The notes: generated by a model from the letters alone, not told the origin. Positions 1 to 12,388 are shown, counted from the first letter of the stretch. The stretch is 45,219 bases of DNA from Catajapyx aquilonaris (GCA_000934665.2 KZ538837.1:1-45219); one strand, 5' to 3'. Numbers and translations: made by a program.

Positions 1-624
1 AATGAGTGTTAAAATTTACTTTCTATTGTATTAAACCGCGCATCGCATTGTTCCTCGTGCCCGTGAACCAAGTCCGGCCAAGTCATCTCACTTAGCTTAT
101 AGCCTCGAAGAAAGGCTTGGCGTCCACCACGATCTCACGACTTTGTACGGCGGAGTGGACAAGGCATGGCTCCCAGACACTATCTCACAGGTTTTTTCGG
201 CGGAAGACTTGGCGCGTTTTTTACGAGTGCGTTTTTGAGGGGATCTCATCACTTTTTGTTAAGTTGAATCAAGGTTGAATGAATGAATGACACGAAGAAA
301 GTAAAAATTCAGCTGCCTCGGAGTATGGCCAATGTCTTTGTTCCGAGAATATATTGGCGCTGCACTCACCTTGAGTATTGTCCACGACAAAACAACACCC
401 CCCCCCCCCCCNNNNNNNNNCCCCCCCCCCCCCGACCACCGACAGCATGGTCTGAGACTTGACATTGGAGATATGTTTGGTTATCCTCTTGAACCCGATG
501 TACATATTTGGACGCAGCGCAGACTCGGTCAAGGAACTTTGAATGTCTCTTAGAATGAGTGAATTGGAAACTGCACAGGTCCGGCCTGAATTTTTCAAAT
601 TAAAAATTTTATGATGTCATTTTC

Positions 625-686
625 AAACCGGCGCGGCGTTAATGTAGAACGGCGTAAAATGGAGCGCGTTAAACGGGTACCTACTG
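625..686 (-). mobile_element. Isolated pogo/Tigger-like terminal repeat
   Basis: Minus strand TA|CAGTAGGTACCCGTTTAACGCG..TTACGCCG..TAACGCCG; no partner TIR was found in the window. Confidence 0.4.
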
Positions 687-1007
687 TATTATTTTGATAA
701 TTGGACGGTGTTACGCAATAATGCGTCAACCCACATGAGAACAGTTTTGAGAAAAGGGGCTTTGAAGGTCATACCTGTGAAATGAATTCAGTGTTCTTTT
801 CGGTCATTTCTGGCAGAAGCATCCGATGCAGATTATTTCACCTGCGTGATTTTAACTGAATGAAGTAGGATCCTTTAGGTCATCGGTTCTTAGCCTGGCG
901 CACCTCCAGGGGGTGCGAAATGGCTTCCCTGGGGGGTGCGAGCAAGGTGCACCTCTGGACTTAATCTAAAGAAGAGCTAATAACTGGTCTATAACTATAT
1001 GAACATA

Positions 1008-1547
1008 CAGGGTGATCCAACTCTATGGCACCAGTAGTTATTGAAAAAATCGCGCAAGCTGCTTGTTTATAAGCAAGTCGTTGCTAAGAGATGCTTTCTG
1101 GCTCTTTCTGGAGAATCGGGAATAGCACCTGCTGATATTAGGTCCAATGGCCATGTAACAATAATATTTTATTTGCTGGTAACTAAACAACGCTGCCTGT
1201 TGACCTGTCTCAGTTTTGCCAACAGCGGCCAACAATGAACAGACCAGAAGGCCTATTTATTGACACACCCGGGTCTGTCCAGTTCCGACGGATTAGACCT
1301 TTGGTTTGGAAGCTAGTGACCTCATGTGAAACCCTCCAGCGAACACCAGAACAGCCTGTTTCCCACGGATGATCCTTTTTTCCCTCATTAATATTGTTAC
1401 ATGGGCATTGGACCTAATATCAGCAGGTGCTATTCCCGATTCTCCAGAAAGTAACTCTTATTGATCTCTTAGCAACGACCTGCTTATAAACAAGCAGCTT
1501 GCTGATTTTTCCAATAACTGTTGGTGCCACAGAGTTGGATCACCCTG
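1008..1547. mobile_element. MITE with ~160-bp TIRs and TA TSD (Tc1/mariner-type)
   Basis: TA|CAGGGTGATCCAACTCTATGGCACCA ... TGGTGCCACAGAGTTGGATCACCCTG|TA, with long imperfect inverted repeats. Confidence 0.88.
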
Positions 1548-1611
1548 TATAGCCATAGTTGTGTGGCTCTTTATGACGCAAACAAACCAGAATTTTTTCA
1601 CACTTCCAGTG

Positions 1612-1741
1612 TCTATACATATGCAAGGGAATGAGCAGTTTTACATTTAATATTGCCTGATCTAATAAGTAGGTCTCTAAGTAGATTTCGGTGTAATTAT
1701 CTCTTTTTTTCCCCCGTGCGAAGAACGGGTACCTCTGCTAG
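1612..1741 (+). mobile_element. Short non-autonomous Helitron-like remnant
   Basis: Starts TCTATAC; ends with hairpin CCCGTGCGAAGAACGGG then CTAG|T. Similar 3' hairpins occur near 11955-11970 and 44477-44497. Confidence 0.55.
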
Positions 1742-2008
1742 TTCATAGTAAAAGCTGCTCCTCCTAGCATTGGAATCGACACTGTTAGTGTATTTTTCTC
1801 CCGATGCAATGTGACAAAAGCCGGGCGTGAAAATATTGTTTCTTGCAATATTTTTTGGCTTTTAAGATGGTGCCAGACGGATTTCTTTTTACATTTTTAT
1901 TTGTCTTCATTCCGAGTGACAAAACTGGTTCATCCAATGCTATATTCACGTAGGATTATATTGCTCATGGCTTACTAACCGTTTACTCACCCAAGCCTTA
2001 ATGTGCAG

Positions 2009-3867
2009 ATGCGATGCTGAACTTGAACTTGAGAGCCCCCGACGTTGACCAAGCGGAGGTGACCTTTGATCTGGCCCAATGCGCCCTGGAATGGAACGCC
2101 ACCTACCTGAGAGTAGACATTGCCTGCGATGATAATAAGGTTCGTCACACCTATCGACTCTCTGATATCTGCTCGAATAATCACTGCAGCTACAATGAGA
2201 CCCACGTGACTCGTTGCGCTGATTACTGCGCGTTTGATTTGGAAGTGCAAGACGATGATGGTAATTACGTGGGTCATGATGAAGACGTGAATGCAGGGTT
2301 TGATGATCGAGGTGAGTTTAAAAGTCAAAAGCACATGTTACTTGATCCTGTCATGTGTGATAATAATAAAAATAATAAAAATAATGTACGTGGTAAAGAC
2401 TAACACTTGGCTCTTCACATACTGCAGATGTGATTCTGAATTTGGACCTGGTTGTCACCCCCCTTGGTCAGGTGGAGGTGAACTTTGACCTCGGAAAATG
2501 TGCCTTGACAAAGGGCGCTACCAAATTATATCCGAGTATTTACTGCCAAATGGGATCATATCCTTCTTACCAACTGAGCGACATCTGCACAGGCGCGCAC
2601 TGCAGTTACAATGAGACTCATGTTCAAGCTTGCTCAGATTGCGACTTTGAATTCTACTTAGAAAGTTCGTATGGCCAGATTGGTGACTCTGTCAAAGCCA
2701 GCGCGAGGATACCGAAACAAGGTGGGTTTAGTCCCTTAGTTAGGACATGCTTAGGACCTTATGTCACCATGTCGGGCCGTATGAAGATGCCACACACTGA
2801 GCAATGTTAAAATTAAATATTTATATCAACACAATCACAATCTCCATATAAGAAGCTCAGTTGAATAAGACGATATTCTGTAAGCACTTAGACCGCCTTT
2901 CTTGGCTTTCTCTTTTTCTTTCCACTTTCACTACTTGACCAACAATGTGGGAATAGGCCCGGTGCGGAGTTGTGATTCTTACTTATGCATTCCAGCACCT
3001 GGCCCTCCCAGTGAGTTGCGTCTGGTGAATGACTCAAGCAGTTCTCTTCTCCACTTTAATTGGTCACCACAAAATAAGACTGCTCCATGCGTGGTTGGCT
3101 ACTCGGCCACATGTGTGTCCGGGCACGGCATCACCTACTCCATGACTATCCCTGACAAGGGCATCTGCGACTGGGGCATAGCAGACGACGTGGAGCCATG
3201 CACCACTTATCATGTGTCAGTAGCAGCATTCAATGGAACTGGTTACATTGGAGACAATGCCACGCTGGAAATTGTCACTCCGGAAGTCGGTCAGTTATTC
3301 ATAGTTTCCACACTTTTGGTATAGCATTTGCCCAAAGTTATTTCGAATTAAAATTTTAAATATTATGAGAATAAGAAGTAGCTTGTCACATAATATGCTC
3401 CTGTTTGTCCGAGGTTAGCCATCACTAGTGCGCAAAGAAGGAGAATGCGCCATCTGTGTGAGAGATATGGTGCTACGTCCACAGTCAGGGGAGGGGGGCA
3501 ATGTTGCCAAGTTTTGGTTACAGGTTTACTCTCGTTAATTTATACAGATGTACTAACAGCTGGTGAACCATTTCCAGTTCCAGTAAACCCCGGAAGTTTG
3601 AGGGTGTCCCAGTATAACTTGCCTCCTGGAGTGGCCAACATCAAGTGGCGCCCACCTGGTTCGGGGTACCGCTGCGTGGCTCTGTACAGAGCAGTGGTGA
3701 CCAATGAGGGAGGGGAGGTTCACTCCACTTGTGATACACCCGGTCTCAATTGCACCGTTGCCGGATTGCAGTCTGGACAGTGGTACACCGTGGATGTTTC
3801 TGCCATCACCAAGAGAAACGTGACAACCGTGCAGTCGACCATAGACTTTGTCTACGGACATGTTTAA
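2009..3867 (+). CDS. Probable secreted protein: two tandem ~100-aa six-cysteine modules followed by two fibronectin type III domains (5' exon not resolved)
   Basis: Exons 2009-2311, 2428-2721, 2996-3289, 3578-3867(TAA), all with AG/GT boundaries and phase-1 introns. The first two exons are mutually homologous (LNL.L...EV.FDL..CAL...LSDIC...HCSYNETHV..C.D.C.F). The last two show FN3 hallmarks (PGPPSEL..W..Y..VEPCTTYHVSVAA; W.PP..Y..GLQSGQWYTVDVSA). AATAAA at ~4044. Confidence 0.8.
3403..3515. repeat. Old dispersed repeat family; other copies at ~9955-10075 (+) and ~11138-11255 (inverted)
   Basis: Shared TTTGTCCG.GGT.A.CATC..TAGTG.GCA.A...GCGCC.T.TGTGTGA.A.ATATGG..CTA.GTCCAC..GGGCAATGT..AAGTTTT. 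Confidence 0.6.
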
Positions 3868-4278
3868 ATATGTTTAGGATGTGCTAATGGTAGACAAAAT
3901 CTGAAGCGATTTCACATTTTATTCTGATTTGATTAGTAGTAGAATAGACAAAGCTATGGTGTAACAGCAACCCTGCATTCTCCCTCTTGAGTTGAGGCAG
4001 GTTGAGGGGTCCACAGTCTGTTGTTGGTAGTTGGTACTATAGCAATAAATAGTGCTTTACACAAACATGTACTGTCATTGACCCTCTGCATCTAACTGTA
4101 ATTTTCCTGTAATTGAATGGAATGTCTTCGTGCATTTCCAACTTCTTTTTGCCAATCTAGCCACTGGTGAATGGATTGCCTGCAGGTGTGATAGACTTTG
4201 TAAGTTATTTTGGCAGTTATTTTGGCAGTAAATAATTATACAAAGTTCGTCATCAGTCAAGTCAACACTGAGGACGGA

Positions 4279-4645
4279 TCAGCCCAACATTGGCATCAAG
4301 TGACTGGATCCTATACTGCAGGACTCATCTGAAATGACAATCAGAGATCATATAGGAGTGAAACTGTATATGGGTCGGTTTATGATAAATCCAACCCTTC
4401 CTCTTTTCTATAGCATTTTCTTTAAGATTCGTCCAGGTCAGTAAACTATTAAGGAGTGAATCACTGACCTCCAGGTGAGAATATCCTATTGGTCGCCCCG
4501 TGCAGGACGGCCAATGAGAAGGCGGCGATTCCAAACATTCTGAAGGTCATCGCGCCTCCGTAGTTCGAGTAGAGAAATCCTCCAATCAGGCTTCCGCTCC
4601 CAACACCTGCAAACCAATCAGGAAACGTTTACTGCATCCTCATCC

Positions 4646-4722
<77 letters not shown>

Positions 4723-5585
4723 GTCACCAATTCCTTCAAAGACACCTCCGACCAATCCCTGCAGAGTGGCTTCGCTACCGTTTGGCGCAATCAGATTGGC
4801 GTATGACGTCATGGCTGCGATAAGGACTCCAGATGATGTCATTCCGTTGAGTAACTCGATCGGGATCGTCAGCCAAGGATTGGTCAGGATCGAGTAGAGA
4901 GAGAAGCGCAGACCGATGGCCACCAGGACCAGAGTCATCGTGCCAGTGTGGCCCAGTCTCTTGATTATCCAACCTTTGGGAGATTACAAGGGATTACCAT
5001 GGGACTCAAGAGGATTTCTTGCAGGTGAGAGGGATTACCTGAGATGAAGTAGAAGGGGAGGTCTCCAAGAACCTGCGTTCCGAGAGCCAGTCCCTGAAGC
5101 AGCTTCATCCATTCGTGTTCTTCACAACTATCGACATCGCCAACGTCTTCTAGATACCTGGGATTCATGGAGACATTTTACATGAGTATTTTACATGTTT
5201 AATGATTTCCAAAACACAAAATAATGTCAATGGCTATTGTATCATTATCACATTACCAGAGCACGAAATGCCAGACCATGCCTGTGCTCATCCCCGCGAC
5301 CAAACAGCATGCGATGAACACGACGTTCCTTGGCCTCCTCAGCACCTTCCCAAGATGGCCTCCTCCTCCGCCATCTTGTCTGTCTCTCAAGCGTGGGACT
5401 GACATCTTGGAACAGGCGACCATGTCTAGTCCCAGGAGACCAATCATCGCGTAGAAGCAAGGGGAGTAGTCCTTCTGTTGTTGACCCCAACTGACCACAT
5501 CCACCAGGTAGCCCACCAGTATAGAGCTGCTGCAGCCCAAGGAAGCCCAAAGCCTCTGACGGCCAAACGCCTCTTCTCTGCAACC

Positions 5586-5665
<80 letters not shown>

Positions 5666-6903
5666 ATGTTGTCGAGTTGCCTAGTATGTCGTAGCAAATG
5701 GTGTCTCCCAGGTTGACGACCACTCCCATGGAAGCGGTATTGATGGCGAGAAGCAGGGCCAGGAGCCAGAACTGGTGTGTCCGGTAGATGGCAGCGTTGT
5801 CCTCCCCTGCGAGCATGTGCGTCACTTCCGCTTCCTCGCACTCGGCCGCGCACTTCAAACGCCCTCCCTCAGATGATGACCAAGTGGAGTTGATCGCAGG
5901 GACGTGGACGCAACCTTCTGCGTCCTCCGTCGCGTCCTTGACGTGAAGCGTCGCTTGAACTATGGACACTTCCGTCATGTTGCATAATCTCGAAGGAGGA
6001 TCTTGGCCTGAGCATGGCTTAATTCCAGTCACTTCACATGTGAATGTGCATCGTGTGGAGTTGTGGCGTTTGATGGCCTGTCCAACAATGCACATGTTCT
6101 GATTGTGGCATGACGTGACCTTTGACCCATTGTCGCAGTGCACCTCCACCTTTGGAGGAAACAAACTGTGGTAAAGGATACTCAGCATGGGCATAGTCAC
6201 ACTCTTCTTGCCTTGGCGTCCACATGTATTGGCCTCAAAAACATGACCCCGATGTAACTGACTGCTGTTCCAACAATGCATATGAACAGAATGACCTTTT
6301 TCCGCTGCAACTTGTCCGCCAAGGCTCCCAAGAGTGTCCTGCTGGCAACACTGGAGGCCATGAACACCGCGAACATCAGTCCCACCACGGACTCGGACAC
6401 TCCCAATTGCTTGATGTACACGGGAACATATGGGTACACGGACATCATGCCTGACGATCAAAAGATAATATGCACATTGGTACTATATCGCCCAAAAAGA
6501 TAGAGACGATTTTGCATTTGACTCAAGTGCAACTTGCACTTGAATCAAATGCCAATTGTCTCTATCTTTTGAGCGATATAGGTACATCAATGAAATTTTA
6601 CACGGAATACAGTATTATTTTGATCAACAATACATAGCCACAAACATGGATTAAAGTTCAATACAGTATGCGTTTTGGCGCGAGTGTTCTTACATTTCGC
6701 TTGTCAGTCGCGTCAGAGCAGCCATGCTTGGAGCAATTAATGAGGAAAAACTCATTAGATTCACAGATGCATGCTGACAATGTGCCATTGTCGTGCCATC
6801 GAAACGCGCACTTCCATAATGAGCAATTGTTAGCTCTGGATTAAGGTCAAAGCTAAGCATAATTCTAGTAGTTGTAATCCTCTCAGCCAGTTAAAGTGTT
6901 ACA

Positions 6904-6935
<32 letters not shown>

Positions 6936-7137
6936 TATTATGAAAGTGATAGCCTATAAACCAACTATTAATCGAGGAAAGTGAAATACAGTATGCTTAA
7001 GTGACATCAGATGTTTAAGTTAAACAACATTTCTGAAGTCTGTCCTAAACTCATCCCACTTCATTTAATCAGCACTTTATCTTAGCACTATTTAGAACGT
7101 TAGATCTTCTTCGTTGTCGTTGTTGTTGTTGTTGTTG

Positions 7138-7198
<61 letters not shown>

Positions 7199-7299
7199 GT
7201 ATTAGTAGAAGTAGTAATATATAGTAGGTACTGACCTGCGAAGTAAAAGAAGTAATGGGCCTTGACCGCCAGCAGTTGACTGTTGACCTCGAAGCCCAT
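4279..7299 (-). CDS. Major facilitator superfamily transporter, MFSD6-like, 8 exons
   Basis: Exons 7299-7236 (MGFEVNSQLLAVKAHYFFYFAG), 6450-6212 (GALADKLQRKK), 6149-5681, 5584-5257 (FGRQRLWASLG), 5157-5039, 4973-4728 (ATLQGLVGGVFEGIG), 4606-4469 (GSLIGGFLY), 4328-4279(TGA). The frame is continuous across all junctions; two donors are best read as GC. Confidence 0.88.
4647..4722. repeat. (ATT)n microsatellite in MFS intron 6
   Basis: About 25 perfect units. Confidence 0.97.
5586..5663. repeat. (ATT)n microsatellite filling MFS intron 3
   Basis: About 26 perfect units. Confidence 0.97.
6484..6580. mobile_element. 97-bp hairpin MITE in MFS intron 1
   Basis: Near-perfect palindrome TATATCGCCCAAAAAGATAGAGAC ... 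GTCTCTATCTTTTGAGCGATATA, flanked by GGTAC on both sides. Confidence 0.75.
7119..7198. repeat. Compound (GTT)n(ATT)n microsatellite in MFS intron 1
   Basis: Directly visible. Confidence 0.95.
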
Positions 7300-7847
7300 T
7301 GTTGCTTCTTATCGAAATGGGTTGCTGCAAGGTAAACGATCCTTAGCTTTTTCACCTTCTTCCGTTGGACTAGTTTGTGTGCACCCGCGTGTGTATCTCA
7401 ACTTGGTGTGTAGCAGAGTGTGAGTGGCACTGTCATAGCCACACATGAAATTCTGGTACACATCGGTGACAATGGAATTAATTATCAGTACATATCGTAC
7501 GTCACTTGTCACCACAACACACACAGCTGTACGTATATTGTAGTCACTGGGAATATATTACAATGGAAAATCTGATGGTCTGGTTTTGCGCAGCTGTCGG
7601 TGGATGCCAATGTCAACAAAGACTGCTAAGGATAGAATGTTTCGTCAGCACTCAGAGATTCGGAGGAGAGTCACTAGTTCCCGAAATAATGGGCTTCATA
7701 TATGTATGAAACATCCCGGCGACGGAAGTGACAACGACATAGCAGGAGGTGGTATATTGTTAGTACATTTTTAAAATTTATTTATTTATTAGCAAAATAT
7801 ATTGTTTTGTCATTACATTTAATCTATACGTGTCCACTAAAAGGCAG

Positions 7848-8639
7848 CTATGCTGTGTATGTCCTGACAACCTTCTGTATCATCCTTCTGCAAATGGGAC
7901 AGGCAGCCATCTTGTCCCCACAGGACAGACACGTTGCCAGATGGCCGCAGTCTAGAAACACACAGTTGACAGGCGCGTCCATGCAAGCCTTGCAAGCCTC
8001 CTGAGGATTCGGGCTCGTCACCGTCGGGGTCAAGCAGGTCAGCAGGCTCTGGTGAAATTTGACCATCAGATTTGACCCTCGTGTGGGATAGAGCATTTAA
8101 CTCACCACCAGGAGATTGACCACCCCTTTTCGACCCATGTCCTTAGCCCACCCTAGAGGGCTCTGACCATCGTCATCCAGGGTCAAAGGGTCAGCACCCT
8201 TGACCACCAGCAGGCACACCACGTCCATCCGACCTTCCCTGGCCGCGTAGTGAAGCGCAGTCCGACCTCTGACCCCTTTGGCTCCGACTCTGGCTCCGGA
8301 CCTCAGCAGTGTGGCCACCACCAGGGCGTGCCCCTTCAGCGACGCCAGGTGTATCGGTTGACACCCCTGTGCGTCCCTAGCGTCAACCCTGGCGCCTCCT
8401 TGAAGCAGGACGCCGCACACGGACGCATGGCCCCGCAGGGACGCCAGATGAATCGGCTGGCAACCGTGCAGGTCCTTCGAATCCACGTTGGCACCCCTGC
8501 GGATCAGCTCGCGGCAAAGAGGCGCATCGCCGCGTTCGGCCGCGTGGTGCAGCGTGGTGCAGCCCGTCTCATCCGCAAGGTCCAACTCTCCACGTGGCAA
8601 TATGGCCGCCGGATGACTGCTATTATCCACCTTTTCCAT
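7848..8639 (-). CDS. Ankyrin-repeat plus C-terminal C3HC4 RING protein (IAP/Mind bomb-type RING), probable E3 ubiquitin ligase
   Basis: Exon 8639-8106 encodes 4-5 ankyrin repeats (GCTTLHHAAERG, GCQPIHLASLRGH, GRTALHYAAREG). A 57-bp phase-0 GTGAGT..CAG intron follows. Exon 8048-7848 encodes CKACMD..VNCVFLDCGHLATCLSC..CPICRR..VVRTY-stop. Confidence 0.88.
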
Positions 8640-10861
8640 AGCGCAGCATGCAACTAGATAATCAGCATCAAGTTAATGCTAATTAATTGAAATATCCCAT
8701 TTGTGACATATCACCTTAATTACTTAAATCAATAGTCGTTAAATTAATTTATAAATAATAATTAGTAGCTAAATGAAACGAAATAAAGTAGTTAACGATT
8801 AAATTAAATTCGCTGCAACAATCATTTAAAATAACTACCTTTCAAATTCATTACTGTTATTAATAGCCAGTTAATTATAATAATTAACAGATATTTTGAG
8901 ATCAGCGGATCAAACGCGATCAATCCTTATCTAATCAAAATGCCGTTCGTCTTACTTGATTAGTAATATGTTTGTGATATAAATACATATCGCAGCATGC
9001 TATAATTAGTTGCGATAGAGAGTATGGGGGGACTGCATGCTGCGTTTATGAAGCTGTATGTACAGGGTGATTGATGACAATCGCCTTGATTTGCAAACCG
9101 CACAAGGTCCAACTCTATAAGGATGGATGAGCGCGGCTTGAATCAAAAGGGGGCGGCTCATTTCACTGCCCGACCAATCATTGTGTCAAAAGAAAGCGAT
9201 TGAAGAATACCAGAAAATGGACGTCACATAAATTGTTAATTTATTTTGTGTAATACGGGTAGATAATTTATATATTATATTGGTGGAATTGGGATATTCG
9301 TAAAATTCAGGGTTGTTATCCGATTTTTACGTAAGTCCGGATATACTGTACGTTAGTCGAGACTACTTAAGTAGGGGGCTATACCCTGTACTTGCACCTC
9401 CAGTCATTAACAATTTTGTTATTGTTATTTATAATATTAGAATTATTATTTGCCCATTTATGTTAGAATCCTTGCATTTCACGATGGCTCCTTGCGAAAC
9501 AACGTTATTTATAGTCACGCAGCTCTTTGTTGTTTACTCTTGTTGTTTTGTGTTGCAATGCTAATAAATATTATGATATTCTTATCCTTATATACCATTT
9601 ACAAGAGCATGGGCGGGACTTGCTGTTATTAGACTCTTGGTGGCTTCACTGTGCATGAATTTAACGCCATTCGTCACCATAATAAATAAAACTAGGAAAA
9701 TCATATCTGTTATAAATATGTGGCTCAGCTCATCTCTAATGAGTCATTTAGCATTTTCGGTTGATGCAACAGGCGTTGCCTGAACGCAAATTAATCCTAA
9801 TCACCATAATCAGAGACGTTCTCACTATTTATTGAATAATGTGCAATCGAGGATTAATCTGATTTAAAGGTGATTTATTATTTTTATTAATTTTATTGTT
9901 TCAGTATTTACTCAATAATCCATTCTCTCGTTTGAAAGTAGCTTGGGGCTGTGGCTGTTTGTCCGCGGTGAGTCATCGGTAGTGTGCAGAGCAGAGGGAA
10001 AAGGTGCGCCTTTTGTGTGAAACATATGGCACTATAGGTCCACACACGCCAGGGCAATGTGCTAAGTTTTGGCAAGGATTCAGCCTCGTATTATCCAAGG
10101 TACTGTATATTATCATAATACAAAATGAGCACGTATCGGAAACATAATGAAGGTATGGTTATATATAAATAATATTCGAAATAATGTGGAGTATAGGATA
10201 CTATTAATGATATAGCAATATCTAAACATTATTAGCGTTAATAATATACTGCAGAGCCTATCTGAACAACACTTCAGACCAATCAGAAGCAAACTGAACA
10301 AGACTGTAAAATTATGTGTATGAAAATTAACAGCAAGAAAATGCACTGAACAGTCAGAAACAATTCGATAGCCACCAGTTTCTACAAATTTGAAAATTTT
10401 AAACTCACATTTAGTCGGCAATTATTTGCAACTATGAAATTCTTGTCCAGTGTCCCCACAACAATGGCGACCGATGGATATCCGATGGCTCTGTGAGATT
10501 GGTGTGTCTGTATATATTTTTGCCTTCTCAGCAGCCGGCGATTGATGTCCACGACCATGACCTTCCATCTGGTAACACTGACTGTGGACTACACCTGAAT
10601 GAACAAAAAAAGAGAGAGGGAAGCAAAACAACCCCCCCCCCCAAAAAAAAAAGAAAAACTGATGGTCCTTATATCAAGTGTGCAGACCAGGAAAATGTCC
10701 ACACGTCCCATCCATCACAACACATGGAGAAGAAAATATATTTGTAAAAATATATATATCAGAATCATATGGGTGTGTCCCAAGGCTGTAGATGACACAA
10801 AATGGCGAATTTAACCCTCATAATAGTAGAGAATTTATCATTCAAATGAGCTAACTGGGTA

Positions 10862-11041
10862 CACTGTAAGCTGTGAAACATTAAAGGAGCCTCACTGATG
10901 AAGCATCAATTGTTAATGCTCTTCTAATGCTCTTGTGATGCTTTTCAGCCACAAAAAGCATCACAAGAGCATTACAAGAGCATTAAAAATTGATGCTTCA
11001 TGGATCATGGGTGACTCTTTAATGTTTTGCAGTTTATAGTG
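10862..11041. mobile_element. Palindromic MITE with CACTG..AGTG termini (CACTA/EnSpm-like); partial second copy at ~17008-17109
   Basis: CACTGTAAGCTG...ATGAAGCATCAATTGTTAATGCTCTT / AAGAGCATTAAAAATTGATGCTTCAT...CAGTTTATAGTG. Confidence 0.65.
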
Positions 11042-11974
11042 CAAAGTCTAATGATTGGGAAATTTTAAAATTAAATTAACATCAGACATAATGTAATATA
11101 ATATAATTATTATATTACGAGAGCAAGCGCTTTGTCAAAAGTTGGAAATACTGCCCTTCCCCCCAGACAGTGGACGTAGTACCATATTTCTGACGTAGAT
11201 GGTGCATCCTACCTTTCTGCACGCTATAGTGATGAATCACCGCGGACAAACAAGCCAATTCTTCATATATTATACTGTATTATATTTAAAATGTAGCTAT
11301 TTTAGCAGCCATTATAAATTAAAGCAGTAGGAGCTTCATAATTACTGTACATAACCGCCATTTCTGAATTTCACTTTAATTTTTCGCATTTTTCGCATTT
11401 TCCATGCAAATTGGAGTGTTTTTAAAGCCAATATTTCACTTTGTTTGGCTGAAATATTATTGTCGGTGCGAATAACATGCGACGTCACCTTGCTCTTGAA
11501 CAATAAACAGATCGTGATAGGCTCGTATTGTACATCTGACATGCCCATTACACCAGCTGCAATTTATTCATGACTGGGCAATAATATTCCCCTTGCCTCT
11601 TTTTTTTCATACATACTGTATAGTGTCCATGGCACATACGCTGTGTAGGTACATGACAAATGGGCCAATCAGGAAGGACCCTCGCGTGCCTCCCCTAGGG
11701 GACAGCACACACACTGGACTCAATTAATGCATCCCTCGTACGTGATTCTCCTGCTGAGAAGTGCAGGGACACCATCTGCCTCACACATGGTCACTCAATT
11801 TGCCCCATTCGACCTGATAAATTAAAATAAATAAATCATACGTGTACATGGTATATAAGGGAAAGTTTGTTCGTTTGTCTGTCCATGGCAACGGGTTACC
11901 ATGGCATCAAAAACCGATTGATTTTGTTGATTAAATTAACATATGGAAACAGTCAGTGCGAAGAACGGGCTACT

Positions 11975-12233
11975 GATGAATTTTTTTGCGAGCTCAACCG
12001 AGTGCGCACCACAGTTCGCGCACCGTGCACGGTTGGCATTATAAATGGTTGTTGATGAGATCTGTGTATAGTGGGTGTACTGTGCTGCACTTATTTCTAA
12101 CACGCTTGGACGTTTGCGATCAGAGGCTATGGGTGTGAAGATGGGGAGTAACTCTGGCAACGTTGTTGTCAGAACAATGGAGCTGCGCGAGTGTGGGTGC
12201 GCGCGCAACCGGTTACGACCGTAAAAAAATCAA
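11975..12233. mobile_element. MITE family B, copy 1 (degenerate)
   Basis: Ends GATGAATTTTTTTGCGAGCTCAACCGAGTGCGCACC / GGTGCGC..CCGGTTACGACCGTAAAAAAATCAAC. Homologous to 13667-13960, 30769-30990, 34603-34858 and a partial inverted copy at ~38810-38962. Confidence 0.75.
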
Positions 12234-12388
12234 CTATTGTAAGTAAGTAAATAAATAAATAAATGCAAATTGCTTAATATATTAATAAAGAAATTTACAA
12301 TAACAAATCTGATAAATAATTTATGCAATCTTGAAGCCCTCTTCCATATATGTGACACTGGACAGTCTTCATTTGTATTTGGTACATG

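Noticed and set aside
60..598. Short ORFs around the poly-C/N gap
   Set aside because: Interrupted by an assembly gap, no recognisable motif, no consistent exon chain.
1867..1953. ATG 1867 hydrophobic stretch as the signal-peptide exon of the FN3 gene
   Set aside because: The best donor (AC|GTAGG) gives phase 2 rather than the required phase 1, and the phase-1 option (G|GTTCAT) is weak; left unassigned.
5248..5853. ORFs with poly-Ile or poly-Leu, and the poly-Asn ORF at 7092-7355
   Set aside because: Translations of intronic (ATT)n microsatellites.
10422..10814. Short ORFs with a PPPKKKRK NLS-like motif
   Set aside because: The motif comes from adjacent poly-C and poly-A runs; no supporting exon structure.
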